64,000 nucleotides of DNA, taken from positions 23,317 through 87,316 of the forward strand of contig DF237194.1 in the NCBI GenBank assembly GCA_000708835.1, in the 5' to 3' direction. A program made the translations under genes and the position numbers. This DNA comes from Klebsormidium nitens (taxonomy: Eukaryota; Plantae; Klebsormidiophyceae). The notes under the pieces are model-generated. The model was not told where the DNA came from. It did no database searches and saw nothing but the letters and a program-made list of their open reading frames with translations. Shown here piece by piece: positions 1-12,744 of the stretch (within the stretch, counting starts at the first letter, position 1; each line of letters starts with the position of its first letter).

Positions 1-342
1 CTGGATGATCAGCGAGTTCCTTTGAGAGCGTCTCTGCTGCCTTGATGTTGACCTGGAAGGCGCTCGCCAGACTGCCCTTTCTCACAACATACACCTCTAA
101 GGGAGCAACTTGCTCTTGCTCTATGCTGTCTTTCTGTGAGGCTTCCCCGCAGGCGCTGTGCCCAATAGTCTTTACTTGAGCATTCAGAAAAAGCTGGCCA
201 TCCGGAATGTCCACTGCGAAGGCACAGTCACCCAGTGACCACGCGAAGCAGTTGTCCCGAATCCTTGAGAAAACAAAGAACTGCACATCTTTCTGAGTAA
301 GGCTGCAAACGTCCTGCGGTTCTGTTTCAGGTGCGTTCTTCT

Positions 343-555
343 TCAGGCCAACTCCAAGTCGCACCAGCTTCTTGAACCCCCCAAAACCACTGACAGCTTC
401 TCGAAGCGTCTGCAGGTCCGCGGAAGTACCAGTTTGCAAGCGCATGCAGCTAGGGAGAGAGTTAGAGGATCCTGAGAGGCCACCTTGCGCAAGATGAGAT
501 GCAAAGCGTCTCTCGGCAGCGAGAGCAAGTGAGCCACAGGTTCTGAAGATGCCAT
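343..555 (-). CDS. F-box-like protein, N-terminal exon (probably continues into further exons toward position 1)
   Basis: True ATG at 555. The sequence LLSLPRDALHLILRKVASQDPLTLSLAACACK fits the F-box pattern (L..LP.e.L..I...l.....l.....vCk). A further open frame follows a tttgcag acceptor near 305 (LTQKDVQFFVFSRIRDNCFAWSLG...). Gene structure is unresolved. Confidence 0.45.
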   Translation of the reverse strand: MASSEPVAHLLSLPRDALHLILRKVASQDPLTLSLAACACKLVLPRTCRRFEKLSVVLGGSRSWCDLELA

Positions 556-1899
556 TGAAACGGACAGGAGGCTCTGCGAAAGATTCAGAATTGACTGAGG
601 ACCTTCTTGCTAGGCGCTCGTCACTCTGCAATCTCACATGCTCGTGCAAACCTTCGGCAATCAACAGACTTAAGCTGCGCCGTCGTCTAGTCTGTGCTTG
701 CCACTTCTTGCCGATGCGCTCAGACCCTCCAAAAGGAAATTTGCCTCTGAAGATTCTTGTCTGAGTGCGCAGCCTCAAAATGTTCTATCGGATCTGGCGC
801 GAAAACTTCTAGGGGTACAATCCCGCCCTGGCTCTGTCGCTGTATCTTCGTTCCTTTGTCTCGATGCATATTGTGGCGGGAACGTGTGAGCGGACGTGTG
901 AGTGGACCAGTCGAAATTACTCCAGCCTTTTCAAACCGCTAAGATTTTCGATATGGGCGACCACCTTTCGGCAGCCTCTTTGACGAACGCGCTCGAACAT
1001 CAACAGCCTGCACAATGTCAACGCTGGGCCGTCAGTCAATGCTCGATGCTTGGCAGCCTGGCAAACGAACAGCGATCAAGCACGTACTTACAGTGGGTTC
1101 TGGAGGCTGACGCGTCAAATTGGCACTGCTCAGTGAGTCGGGGGCATGCCCGGCCGGTAAAGCGGAGTCTCAAGGCTGTGCATGTATAGGGTGCAAGCAT
1201 CTTTACTACCGTAGCTATGGTACGTACCTAGAAGCATGGCAGTCTTTTTCTTGAAGCCAGTATGCATAAACTCATATAAACCCAGTGGCTCAGCTGGCAG
1301 TGACCACCGGATTGTGGCTCCATACAGATCACGCGTACTGCATGCAAATAACCAGTTCGGACTTTGCAAACGCTACACGCGCTTAATTGCTGTGCCAGTC
1401 ATGTTGAGTATCGATCGTCCCAACCAACGTCGTTGAATTTGTTGCGCGTATGCATATCCCACGTGCAATATCAAAGCCTGCCGCCAGGCTTTGCTGAGTT
1501 CGTTCAATCGATCCGTATATCAGTACTGTGATATATTCTGAGGAAACTTTATATGCAGATGTGGCCGGTGCGATGATGGACAATTGCCAATTTGTCTTCA
1601 TGAGTTCAAGGCGACTCTTCACTATCATTTGCTCTGCTGATCAAATTGGCGACAATCCACAGCTAGGTGGACGACGAGTATCAGAACACAACACCGTACG
1701 TTCATTTGCTTCAAGTGATCGAAACACCGCAAGGCTGTGTCAATCCTAGCTAGAGTCGAGTGCACTCAATTGTCATGACCGTGAGTAATCATGCAACCTG
1801 GTCAACATGCAGCTGAACATGTTGTACGTGCGCGCAATACATGCCCATCAAACGTACAACATTCCAGCCATGCCTTAATGCTTCCAGGGATCACTTTCA

Positions 1900-4800
1900 T
1901 CACATAAAAGCGGGCATCTGTGCGTCCTTCGTTTTCTTCTTCTCCTTCTTTACCCTACCCTTCGCCTTCCCCACCGGCGTCAAACGCCGCCAAACGGCTG
2001 TAACCACTTCCAAATCCTCAGTCAACAACATCTCCGCCGAGTTATCCCCATTCGTCCCCAAATACTTTACCATCAGCCTCTTCGTTTTCCCTTCCGGTGT
2101 CGTAATTGATAGCTTCTGCCACCGAATCTCAGCCTGCCTCGGGTCCGCCCGATCCGCCTCGAGATCGTTTTCAACACCGCCACGTGGCTTCCTCTCAAAC
2201 GCCGACCAGTCCGGATCCTTCGGACGCCCATCGGCGCCCAACTCCCGTTTGGGCTCCGCCTCCTCCTCACCCTCGTCCAGCCACAGGAGCTGCTTTTTGG
2301 GTTTCGGTAAGTCTAGTTGCTTAACCGGGGCGGAGATGACTTGGAAACCTTCCGGAAGCGACCAACTGCCGCCATCCTCGGGTGACACGTCACGGGGCTG
2401 AAATTGAATCTCTCCTTCATCCGGAATTTGGACCGTAATCTGCACAAGCAAGAAGACCACGACCGTAGGCTTAGACATTTCCGTAGGCAGGGAGGAAAGA
2501 GTGTTGCGCAAGGTCTACTGCGTAATATCGTTGGTGATTTTCCAGAGGACTTCACGACTTCGAGCTCATTTCCGAAGGTTGTCGTTCGAAGATTGCTGTT
2601 ACGAATCAGTGCAATTGAATGTGAACCAAACTACTTGAATCAGGGCCACAGTGAATCTGAATCACAAGCAGTCAAATTCCTAAACTGCCGAATGTTAACA
2701 GCCCACTGATCCACTCCGACTAAGACTGCCCCCTACTTTCCCGTCGTGGTTGCAAGATCGCAGCAGAAGATAGGGGCTAACTTTCCCTGCGGGGCATTGA
2801 ATCTCAACAATCGTAGAGTAACAAAAGCAGAACCACAAAGCGAGCCCGGATCACCAGACCCTTTTTTTTACGCAGAGTGGAGGAGCCCGCTTTGATGCTT
2901 GCTGCCAAACACTGAAGTTCGATACCACAGAATCACAGAAGCAAAGTGGTCGCCTCACCAGGCCCTTTTCTAGCAACACATCCACAACGTGCCCCGTGCA
3001 CCCCTTGAACGGCCCCTTTTTGACCTCGACTCCCACCCCCGACCGCAACGGCACCCGGTTCGTTTCGTCTTCCTCGTCCTGTCCGCTTCCCGATTCGCCC
3101 CTTGACCCGCTTCTTAACCAGTCCATGTTTACCCCTGACCCGTCCGTTTCGCTCCCTAACCCGCTCCTTAGCCAGTCTGCATCATTCTCTAAACCGTTCG
3201 ATGAAGCGGTGTTGTCCGAGCCTCTGAGGCCCCACTCTAAGGTGCTAGTGTACTGGCTTTCCTCGGGTCTCCGTTCCGTTGCTCCGCTGCTGGACGGGAG
3301 CGGAACTTCTCGCCGGAACGGATCAAACGCAGGTGTTTTCGAGGCGGGGGCCTTGACGGGTCGGACGTCTTTAAACTTGACGTCGACTTCGGTATACTGC
3401 CCGAGAATCATAATCTTGACTTTCAACTGCGTGGAAGACAGACTCGGTCAGGACATTGATTGATGGTAAGTAGCAGCGATATCAACAGACAAGTGATTTT
3501 TTTACCTTTCTGTCCAACCGAATTTTACACTAGGGGCATGCGTAGCGTCTTCTGAAGCCTGCAGATTTGTTTTAGGTCATCAACTCATTCCTGCTTGACA
3601 AAGATAAGCAGTGCTACTGCCTCCAAAATCTCCTACTACAATCAGACCTCAACACGCCTGACATGCGACCTCCAGCCAAGCAGCCCTCTTAAAGCACGGC
3701 GTTAGAATATTAGGCGCTTGGAAAGAACCAACGTTCGGCTTCTCGTGCGAAAGCAATGCATACAAGGCTGCTATGTCCTGACATCGTACTGCTAGCAAAG
3801 ATATTCTTTGGTTTGCTACCCAGTAGAGGATGACTTCTGCATGCCGCTCCTGAGGCGAGAAAAGAAAGCCAAGTGATATTCACCCCGCCTCACCATTGCA
3901 AGACCCTTGTACATCCGGTAATCAAATCTACACGAACCTAACATCCGAGCCATCGTGGTGACGTCACCGAAGCCGCTACTGACGATTGACCGTTTTCTCC
4001 TCACCTCTTGCTTCTCCCCGTCCCGCGTCGTCACCTCCCCCGTCAGCCCCGCAAACGGACCCCGCGCCACCATGACGTCACTCCCAACCGCATACTTGAC
4101 ATTCGCTGCAGGGGCCTCGATCAATCCCTCGCTTTCTTGTGGCACTCCGTTCCCCCCGCCTTCCAACTCAGGTTCCTGTTGAGCACAACAATGCATGTAA
4201 AAGTTTCTGATTTTTCGCAAGAAGAGTCTGAAGGGCTGGAACCGCAGAGTTGAGCAACCGTCGCTTCTATCAAAGTAACCGGTGACCATGCAACAAGTCG
4301 ATTTCAGCGGAGTAGACGAGCATTGTGCCATTATGAGCTCCAGCACCTCCTTAAAGGCCAAACAAGCACGGTTGAACGCAGACGGAAGCTCTGACGTCAA
4401 CGCTTTCTTTTAATCAAACCGCTTTGATCTGCAAACGGTTGGTCGCAGTCACTAACAGACCTTCTAGCGAACAATCAGGCCCAGATGGGTTGATAAGCGT
4501 GAGAGCCCGCACGTATCAGCGCGACCATTGAAATAAGTTCCTCAGATTTGCCACAGACGCAAATCACCGACAGGTTAAACAGAACTGCCTCCTCACCTCC
4601 GGCAAAGTCTGCTCCTTCTTGCCCTTTCTCGCCGCCGCCGCCTCAGCCTTCCTCTTTGCCGCCTCTTCCTTCTCCTTCTCCATCTTAGCCTGCGCCGCAG
4701 CAACTGTTTCCTGCACCTCTCGTTCTGCGTCCTCGATCATCTTCACGAAACGCTCCGCTTGCATGCCGGCCGCCACACTCATCCTGGAAATGTGCGAAAC

Positions 4801-7800
4801 GGACTGTCAGCAATTAATCGAGAAGAGAAGAAGCGGGAGTTGCAAATCCTATTCCGTGGCCTGCGCCCGCTGCGATAATGTGCACTTCTGGTTCTGCGTC
4901 CTCGATCATCTCAACGAATCGCTTGGCCTGCATGCCCGACGCGACACTCATCCTGGAAACGTGAACAGCCGTATGTCAGCACGCAATAGGCTGCACAAAG
5001 AATGCAGGTTCCAAAATTTCGAATCCATAATCCATCTCGGCCTGCGCCGCGGCACTCGTCTCCTGTACCTCTGAATATGCGCCCTGAATCATCTTCACGA
5101 ATGGCTCCGCTTGCATGCCGGCCCCGACGCTCATTCTGGAAACGTGACGGCAACTCTCAGCAAAAAGTAACCGAGAATTTTGAAGTTATAAAACATGAAC
5201 CGCGCCACACAACGTGCACGCTGATCGTCAGCACACATTTGAGAACGTAATATACAAAGCTGTGAAGCCACTAAACCGGAAGGAATGCGAAAGGAAATAG
5301 GAAGCAAATCGATGTTGAGAGCGAATGGCGCATGAAACGGACGCGAGAATGCAAGCGACATGCATAACTTACACATCGTTGTTCCTAGCTCCTTCGATGG
5401 CTGTTCATCGAAGTAAGTAAACAGTACAAATGAGTAAAAGAGACGAAGAAACAAATTTGCAAAAAGAAAGAAAGACAGTCGACAGTACGAAGGACAATTT
5501 GGCTGTGCGGAAGAAAGGGGGTGGACAGAAGGCGCAGACTTCCGCGCTTCTTTTTCACGATTCTTCACTGTCAAATCTCCGCTTAGCTGTTGGTTTGCTA
5601 CTTTTGGAACTGGACGAAAGGGACGCAGGAAACAACAACGCAAAAACTCCCTTCAATTTCGAAAAGGGGCCTCAAAGATCACAACCCTCGACTCTGCGCT
5701 CCTTCAACATTGTAACCCTCGACGCTTTTCAAGAGACAATCTGAAGCTGAACAAAAGAAAGGAAGGAAGGGAGGATAGAAATGTTTGGGTCAAAGCATCG
5801 GGGCCTGGAGGCTCACACGCCCTTGTTCTCCGCCCCTTCGATGTTGTACAGCCCCGGCGTTGCGGACATGGCTTGCAGCACCTGCGGCGTCAGGCGCGCG
5901 CAGATGAACAGCACGTTGTTCGTCACGAACGTGCTGAAGTGGCGCGCTTCGCCGTTCTTCAGGATCTTCACCGCCGGCAACTCGGGGGTCCGGACATCAA
6001 TCTAGAAAAGCGAACGCAAAAATGAGGTTGAGTGCGGTGCTAAAAGTTATAATCTAGTCTGTGATTTAGATATAGTCAAGGTTGTGTCTGGATTGAGTGA
6101 CGCGCTTCGCCAGTCTTCGGAATTTTCACCTCCAGCAGCTGGGGGGTCCGAATGTCGATCTGCGGAAGGAAAGAAACGGTGAGAACCAGAGCTAAGCCAA
6201 GGGTTGTATCTAGGTCGACTTTGGTTTTTATCATGATTACGGTCCATTTTTAGTCTGGGTGGCGCGCTTTCCCAATTTTCACATTTCACTGCCGGCAGTT
6301 CGGAGTCCGGATATAAAATGGGATAGGAAAGAATACGAAATAATGAAACGCTGTGCTGAGGGCTAGGTCTAGTTCGTGGGACTCTCAAAGGTAACACGCC
6401 TAAACGTGACTCTCCTAATGAAACAGGTTAGATGTAAGACTCGTTTGCACAGCTCGACGCCCTGAGTTACGGACCTGCCCTAGTCATCGGATCCCGAAGC
6501 ACTTAATCTCAACTCTTTAACTGCGAAAATAATTGCCCAATCATCATTTTGTAACAGTCACCGTATGAACAATCGGTCGGGAGAGCGTGCCCTCACCACC
6601 TCGTCCGGCGCAAACATCGCGAGCCGCTCCCAGAAAGCAGACACGACTTCCGTTTGCATCTTTTGGCACCATAAATGCGGACCTGAGCATAACTCCCGAC
6701 CCCAAATGCAGATTGGAGCTTTAAAACATCGTTCCACAAAGCGTGACCCACCTACTCGTCTGGCGCATACAGTAAGAGCCGCTCCCAGAACGCCGCCGCG
6801 ACTTCCGTTTACGGGAATTGACACCTTGATATGCCAGCCTGAGCTCAACGTCGGACCCCAAGCACAACTGAAAACCACTTTCGACTGAAAATAAGCGTTC
6901 CGCAGAGTCTGCACTCACCTCCTCGTCTGGCGCGTACATCGCAAGCCGCTCCCGGAACGCGGCCGCGACGTCCGCCTCGGGGACCGTGCAGTTGACGACG
7001 TACCACCGCTTCTCGACCTTCGAGCTCATCGCCAGCAGCTCCACGCGTTTCTCCTCCGTTTTGTGCGACAACTAGGAGAAGAAATCAAATAAGTAGAATT
7101 CAATTTGTTCGGATTTCAAAGTCTAGCATTATCGTGGTGCCAGCTTGCAGAGGAGAGGAAACGGGACTGGGCGTTTGATGCCAGCAGCTCCACGCGTTTC
7201 TCCCTCCGTCTTGTGCACGAACTGGGCAAACATAGCATTATGTTTGGGGTTTCAGGAGATCACAATTATGTGTTCAGGATTTCAAATTCCGGCACTCTCT
7301 GCAAAACTAAGACGTCCCTAGACTAACATGGGTCCGGACTCTGCACGCTTGTCTGAAACCGTTCTGGTGACAACTGGACACAGCTGCATGCTTGACCAGG
7401 GAGTTCGTGTGTTAAAAAGATGTGGGACTACTCTTGCAGAAATCCAGATTTCAGGGTCCCATTCGACTTGCAAACAACGGAACCCCTAGGAGAAAAGATG
7501 ATTGATGTCAGCGACTCCGCAAGCTTGTCCTTCATGAAGTCCGGCAGGGCCATATTGACTTGCCAGTTCCTCTTAGGAAGTAGGCAACCATAGGAATAGG
7601 GCCCAGCGCCACTGTACGACGCCGTGACGCGGGCCCGCCGTCCGAACTGCTTGGATTGGCTCTGTTCGACGATAAATCGTACGGTACGGCATAAAAAAAT
7701 GACTGCATAAAGGTGCGAGATTTTCCTCGACTGGAGTCCCCAAGCGGCGCGGTCAACGCTTACGAATCGAACATTTTGGTCCGAGCGCTGCATGGTGTGA

Positions 7801-10800
7801 GCTTTAGCGTCGCACTTCGTGCATGTCCGCAGACTTCGACGTCGAATTTTCGTCTTGCTCGGTTGGCTGGTACCACCACTCATAAATCCACACCGTAAAA
7901 GGCAGCATAAACCGTAGATCAGTAGATCAAAATCATTATCAAGGAAAGTGGGAAGCCCTTGCCGTGGCACAGACGGCCACCCATGTGGGATCGTGTACTT
8001 AGCGTTTCGTGGATCAAAGATTGTGAATCTTCGGGTGGCTTCAGGGGGCATCTTGCCTTGCCAAAGAAGGCAACCAACGCAGATCAGCGGTGCGGCTTCA
8101 AAACCAAAGAGTACAATGCTGGTATATGGTTATCTATCGACGTTTTGAGGCTGCCACGCTATTTCGCTGTTCAGAAACTCGGAACCGGCGGAGCCACTGC
8201 TGCGAAACCGTTCAAGATATCCCTTGGTGGTGAAATTCCAAAGCTTACTTAGAAGGAAGCGCAATATGAGTGCCGTCCGCCTACCTGCTTCAGCGTGGTC
8301 GCCCGCAGCTCGCTCATCAGCCGCCCTTTGCGGTTGCGCCGCAGCGCCGCCAGCTGGCGCCGCCCAGCCTCGCTGATCTCAGCACGCGCCTCTAGTTCCT
8401 CGAGCTCCGCGAGAAGCGCGTCTTCGTCCTCCTCGGCAAAAGGGTCATCTTGAGGTTCCTCTGACGCAGGCGGAGCCGTTTCACTTATCTGCAAAAAATA
8501 CAGACGAAACCTCAGACCCCCAATTCTTCTGCCAAGAGTGTAACCACGCTGTGCCTTCGACTTTCAAGCTCGACGAAACGTGCGCTTCGCTTCCTTACAA
8601 GGAATGGCTCTTGTTCGACAACAGGCTCTCCGGTCTCCGAACAAATTGAAAATGTAATAGGGCCCCTTCAAGCTCCACCAGCGCTTCGTCATTCTCCCCA
8701 AAACAATTCCCTTCTTCTTTCCCCTTCTGGTGGGGGCGCTGCCTTACTCTTTTTTTCGTACCGACTGTGGAATTTGTCAATACCAGTATCTTCAGAAATG
8801 GAGCGTGCGAGAAACTGCAAACTGATTTTGGCCGCCTCTACTTCCTCAAGCCTGGCGAGCAGAGCGTCTATCTATTTTTGCTAATGTGACCTTGTCGATC
8901 AATTGCTTGGCAAGACATGAACGCTTTCACACGTTCGGTAATTCCCATAAGGGTTGTGAGAGGAAAGTTCAAAAGCAATCTGGGCAGAAATGTTAGCTCT
9001 TCTCAAGTGAAGTGACTTTTCGGACTCGTTTTCACAGATAACAAGATTCACACGCCTCGAGCAGACAGGACGCACGAATAAATCCATGGAAGGTGTTTAT
9101 TTAGAGGGCGTCTTCCTTCACAAAGCCAGCTTTCCCCTGGCTCTCCTTTGGAACCTGGCGCAGTGTTTTTGCAGCCGTAGAGTATTCTTCGGTCATTCTA
9201 GAAAGAGAAAGCGCCGTCAAAACTTGTAGGATGAGCCCTGTAGGCAGTATTCGATCACGATAATCATGCATGACAATACCAAAAGGTTTGCCTTCTACAT
9301 CCGGAACCTTTGTCAAAACCGCAGATCCCTCCCCCACTCTTCACACAAGCAGATCCATTCCATTGGCTCTCGGAAGGAACCCACCTCAGCCTCTGTTTCT
9401 TCCTGCGTCTCCGCACCCCCCTCCTCGTCCTGCCCCGACTCCGACTCAGTCGCCTTCGTCGCTTCCGCTTTTGCTCTCTCTCTCGCCCTCTTTCTTGCTG
9501 CCGCCTCTTTCGCCTTGGCCCGCCTGACCACTGCCAGTTTCGCTGCCTGTTTCGCCTGGCCGATGTCTTTTGCCGTCCGAAGCTGCCGCGGCCCCTTCTC
9601 GTCCGAATCAGGGTCCGGGTTGATCGGCACCTCCTGCTCACGAAGACGTATAGTGTCGGCCATTTTCACCTTTTCAAGTTTCATTTGTCATTGGAACTCG
9701 AACCTTGACATTTGTTTTCTTTTCTTTCGAAGTCTTTGTCCGTCCCTCTTATGTTCGAAGCTGCCGCTGCCGCGGCCGCTTTTCAGACAATTTCAGATTG
9801 CACCTCCTGCTCAAGCACATGTCGATGACGTCAGTCGGATTCGTGTTTGAACTCTGCTTTTGTTTTCTTCCGTCCTTTGTTACGGTCTACTCCGACACAT
9901 TGTCATAGGTGCCCCATCCTTCTAATGTCAACTTTCTTCCAGTTTATTGTTTGAAGTATCCACAGCCCTTGACCCCTCCAAATTCGAAATCTTACCGATA
10001 CCCTCTTGCCTTTTTTCTTCCCCCAAAAGGCTACACTATTTTCCTTGACGTATCTTTCCGAGCTTGTACGACTTCTGCCTTGCTAAGTCCACTTCACTTT
10101 TTGAAAAATGCATCTTGGCAGTAAAGGGAGTTGAAAATTGAGGCTTTTTAGGATCAAACAATCTTCAACTTTGAGCCGGGACTCGACTGGGGATTTCGAC
10201 TGCCCCTCACCCGCACAAAGCTCACGCAAGGCTCTGCCAGGTCTATGTATAGAGTCCGGTGTGCGCGAATCAAAATACAATATGGGGAAGACCAATCGGG
10301 AAGCGTACATCATGAATCGCTCTTCAAGTGGACCATATAGACGGTCCCCTCAGAATCTAGTCTCTCCTAGACTGTGGATGGCGGATGGTCACGCAAGTCA
10401 GTATACACTGCCGCTCCTCTCACTGGTCTCAGGAGCCAGTCTTGAGTAAAGCCAGTCTTGAGAGTGTGCAGCATGTCTCTGCGAGAAACCACTAGACCTA
10501 CCTTTGGGCGGGAAGTGCGCTTCCTCCGAACCACCGGGTTGCCGTCCGCGTCCAACTTTGCTGTCACCTGCAAACGCAAGCTTCCGCCTTTGAGCCACGT
10601 CAACTCTGCTTCCATTCTATTCCTCATGTCAGTGGTTGGGATACCGGAGCTTTCTACTTAAGGCTCAGTCTGATGCCGGTGGTGGTCGCACCCCCAGCTG
10701 ACACCCCTGAATGGTCAATGGTGTGCACTATCACCACAGCGGTCAAGGTGTCTTGGCTCGTTTAGTGATCGCAGGTGGTTCTGGATGGCCTGACAAATAA

Positions 10801-11639
10801 GAGCACAACAACCAATGTTGAAAGAAAGAGAGGTAGAAGCCACTTCCGGGTCTGGCACTGGTTGAAGAAACCTCATAATCAGCCACAAACCCTAAAACTC
10901 GAGTGTAATGCAGCCAGGCTTTTCTTGCGGCCATCTTGCCAGAGAAACCCTTCGTTGTTACAGTGACTTATACATATGCATGCGGAAACACAGCCACTTC
11001 ACAATACATGCTTCACTCATTACAGACTCATTTAGCAACACATCCTGTATTATGTTGGTAACGGTGGTACATTGCCTACGCCCAGACTTTTAAGACTTCA
11101 TGCTCAGACACCCCCAGATTTTACAGTCCTAGATTGAACGCCCTTGCACATAGACTCACCACTCCGGCACACAGTAATAAGCTGCTGGTACACCCACTGG
11201 AAGCGGCCAGAGTAGTGGCAGCCCTGACCTGCTTAGGCTTCTTCTTCTTCCGTGGGGAAGGAATGTCGATGATTGCTCCATTCTCATCAACAGGGAAGTA
11301 GTTCTCGTTGAACTTGGGGATGACGATGCTCCCCTCCCCCCAGTCGAACGTCTCGAGCCCCTCGTCCGCTTCCGAAGCACGGGTACCAGCATTGCGAAGC
11401 CTGACACGGGGCACGAAACTCGACCTGCCATTGACCACCCATGCGAGTGGCCTAGAGGAGAGTACAGAGAATGCTGACCTTCTAACAGGAGACAAGTTGT
11501 AATTCAAAATGCAGAGCGTTGGATTAGGGTTTCTACCTGAGCAAGATGGCCGGCGACCCTGGCGTGTGTAACACCCTGCTTCTGCCGCGCAGAACACGTC
11601 TAGACCTTGCGAAAGCGACATTTTCACAGACAACGCCAT
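1900..11639 (-). CDS. NusG-family (pTAC13-like) plastid transcription elongation factor with NGN domain and two KOW motifs, 10 exons
   Basis: Phase-consistent GT-AG model: 11639-11229, 10567-10502, 9669-9385, 8488-8285, 7071-6919, 6001-5817, 4783-4597, 4175-4005, 3426-2959, 2439-1900 (TGA). NGN-like segment KRWYVVNC...IDVRTPELPAVKILKNGEARHFSTFVTNNVLFICARLT. KOW1 VMVARGPFAGLTGEV is followed by the NusG-like tail LKVKIMILGQYTEVDVKFKDV. KOW2 is VEVKKGPFKGCTGHVVDV. The N-terminus is S/R-rich and transit-peptide-like. The exact start and first-exon structure are uncertain. Confidence 0.85.
4865..5165 (-). repeat. Two degenerate intronic copies of the acceptor plus 5' part of NusG-like exon 7
   Basis: Real junction tttccag|GATGAGTGTGGCGGCCGGCATGCAAGCGGAG (4783). 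Copies: tttccag|GATGAGTGTCGCGTCGGGCATGCAGGCCAAG (~4953) and tttccag|AATGAGCGTCGGGGCCGGCATGCAAGCGGAG (~5138). Confidence 0.95.
6095..6315 (-). repeat. Two degenerate intronic copies of the 5' part of NusG-like exon 6
   Basis: The copy at 6095-6170 reads cag|IDIRTPQLLEVKIPKTGEARHS against the real IDVRTPELPAVKILKNGEARHF. The copy at 6257-6315 contains CCGGACTCCGAACTGCCGGCAGTGAAA. Confidence 0.9.
6592..6806 (-). repeat. Two degenerate intronic copies of the 3' end plus donor of NusG-like exon 5
   Basis: Real ...GAGCGGCTTGCGATGTACGCGCCAGACGAGGAG|gtgag. Copies ...GAGCGGCTCTTACTGTATGCGCCAGACGAGTAG|gtggg (6748-6806) and ...GAGCGGCTCGCGATGTTTGCGCCGGACGAGGTG|gtgag (6592-6652). Confidence 0.93.
7178..7228 (-). 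repeat. Intronic copy of the acceptor plus 5' end of NusG-like exon 5
   Basis: The 24-mer gccagcagctccacgcgtttctcc at 7180-7203 is identical to 7031-7054. A CAG acceptor is retained. Confidence 0.93.
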
Positions 11640-12744
11640 CTTTGATGCATTCCAAACCCAACCGGTCCTACATACCGTCTACTTCTCTTAAGTTCACCAT
11701 GCAATTGAGTCAACAAACCTCCAACCTTTCAGGCATACGGGCGCTAAGTAGGTAGTATCCTTCCGTGCTCAAACTCCATGTACAGCGAACGCCAATCGAC
11801 TACCTATCTTGATTCAAGTTTCAACGTGCTGAACGTCGAAGTCCAGGAACTGGCAATTGAAGCCTTGGGCGGTGAAAGAAGCTACCGGTGAAAGAAGCTT
11901 GCCAGCTGCTCTCGCTTTCACGAAGCAGCTAGCTTTCATTCAGAGAAGCACCCGGGGAACTTGTGGGGTTAATTATTAGGAGGTTAGGATGGTTGTGGGT
12001 CGGAGCGTTTGCCAGCTTCTGGGTTAGAAATGAGGGTTTAGGTCCTAGGTGGGGCTCTTGCATCTGCTTGCATTCCAGGATCAGCGCGTTTCTTGTCAGA
12101 GGATGCATGATGCAAGTGGAGCCGTTCGATAAGCATGCACTATGTATCGCACGGTCTGCAGAACTAGGCATCTGTGTTCATTAGGTTTTAAGCTACGGTA
12201 GCTGGTAAACTGGCTAGGGAACTCTCGATCGACGTACTAGCTGGAGCTGCGATGGCCCATTGAACTATCAGCATGGTGGGCATTGCGGCATGTTTGTATT
12301 TGCAGCATAGTATAACCACAATTTCATAGATGCTAGTATGCCAGTGGCTCAGGCCTTTCCGGTTCGATTTGCCTTATATGTGAGATCCTTGAAAACTTGT
12401 CATTCATAAGGACTTTAGTCGGGCTTCATTCCAGAAACCCATGCAAACGGAGGCACCGCAAGTATGCGTGCAACTCGTGTGTTAAGTGCCGAGCCCCGGC
12501 CAAGTCAGGATCTAGGATTGATGATTCGCTACATGATTTCAAGGCAATCGAGCCACTTCCTCTTCCACACAACTGTTGGAGGCTTGTCATGCAATGAGCC
12601 CTGGATTCGACATGCAAACGGGCGTACACACGCGGTTGCTGGACCATCAACCATTTGGCTTCGGCACCTTTGGTTCATGGTGCGCACATGCTGGACCTGC
12701 TTTTCAATTGCTAGACGTTGGACTGGTATCCAACCATTCTCCTC

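Noticed and set aside
1841-3463. Long plus-strand ORFs (186, 155 aa) and similar antisense ORFs over VPS45, bZIP and R3H exons
   Set aside because: These are antisense shadows of GC-rich coding exons.
7428-8252. ORFs of 207 aa (-) and 97 aa (+) inside a NusG-like intron, considered as a nested gene or transposon
   Set aside because: No recognisable domain, terminal repeats or coding-like composition; likely chance ORFs.
8595-8780. ENDEALVELEGAL resembling exon 4 EDEDALLAELEEL, as a possible echo
   Set aside because: The nucleotide similarity is too short and weak to support.
12340-12380. ggttcgatt T-loop-like word suggesting a tRNA
   Set aside because: No cloverleaf, acceptor stem or A-box could be formed around it.
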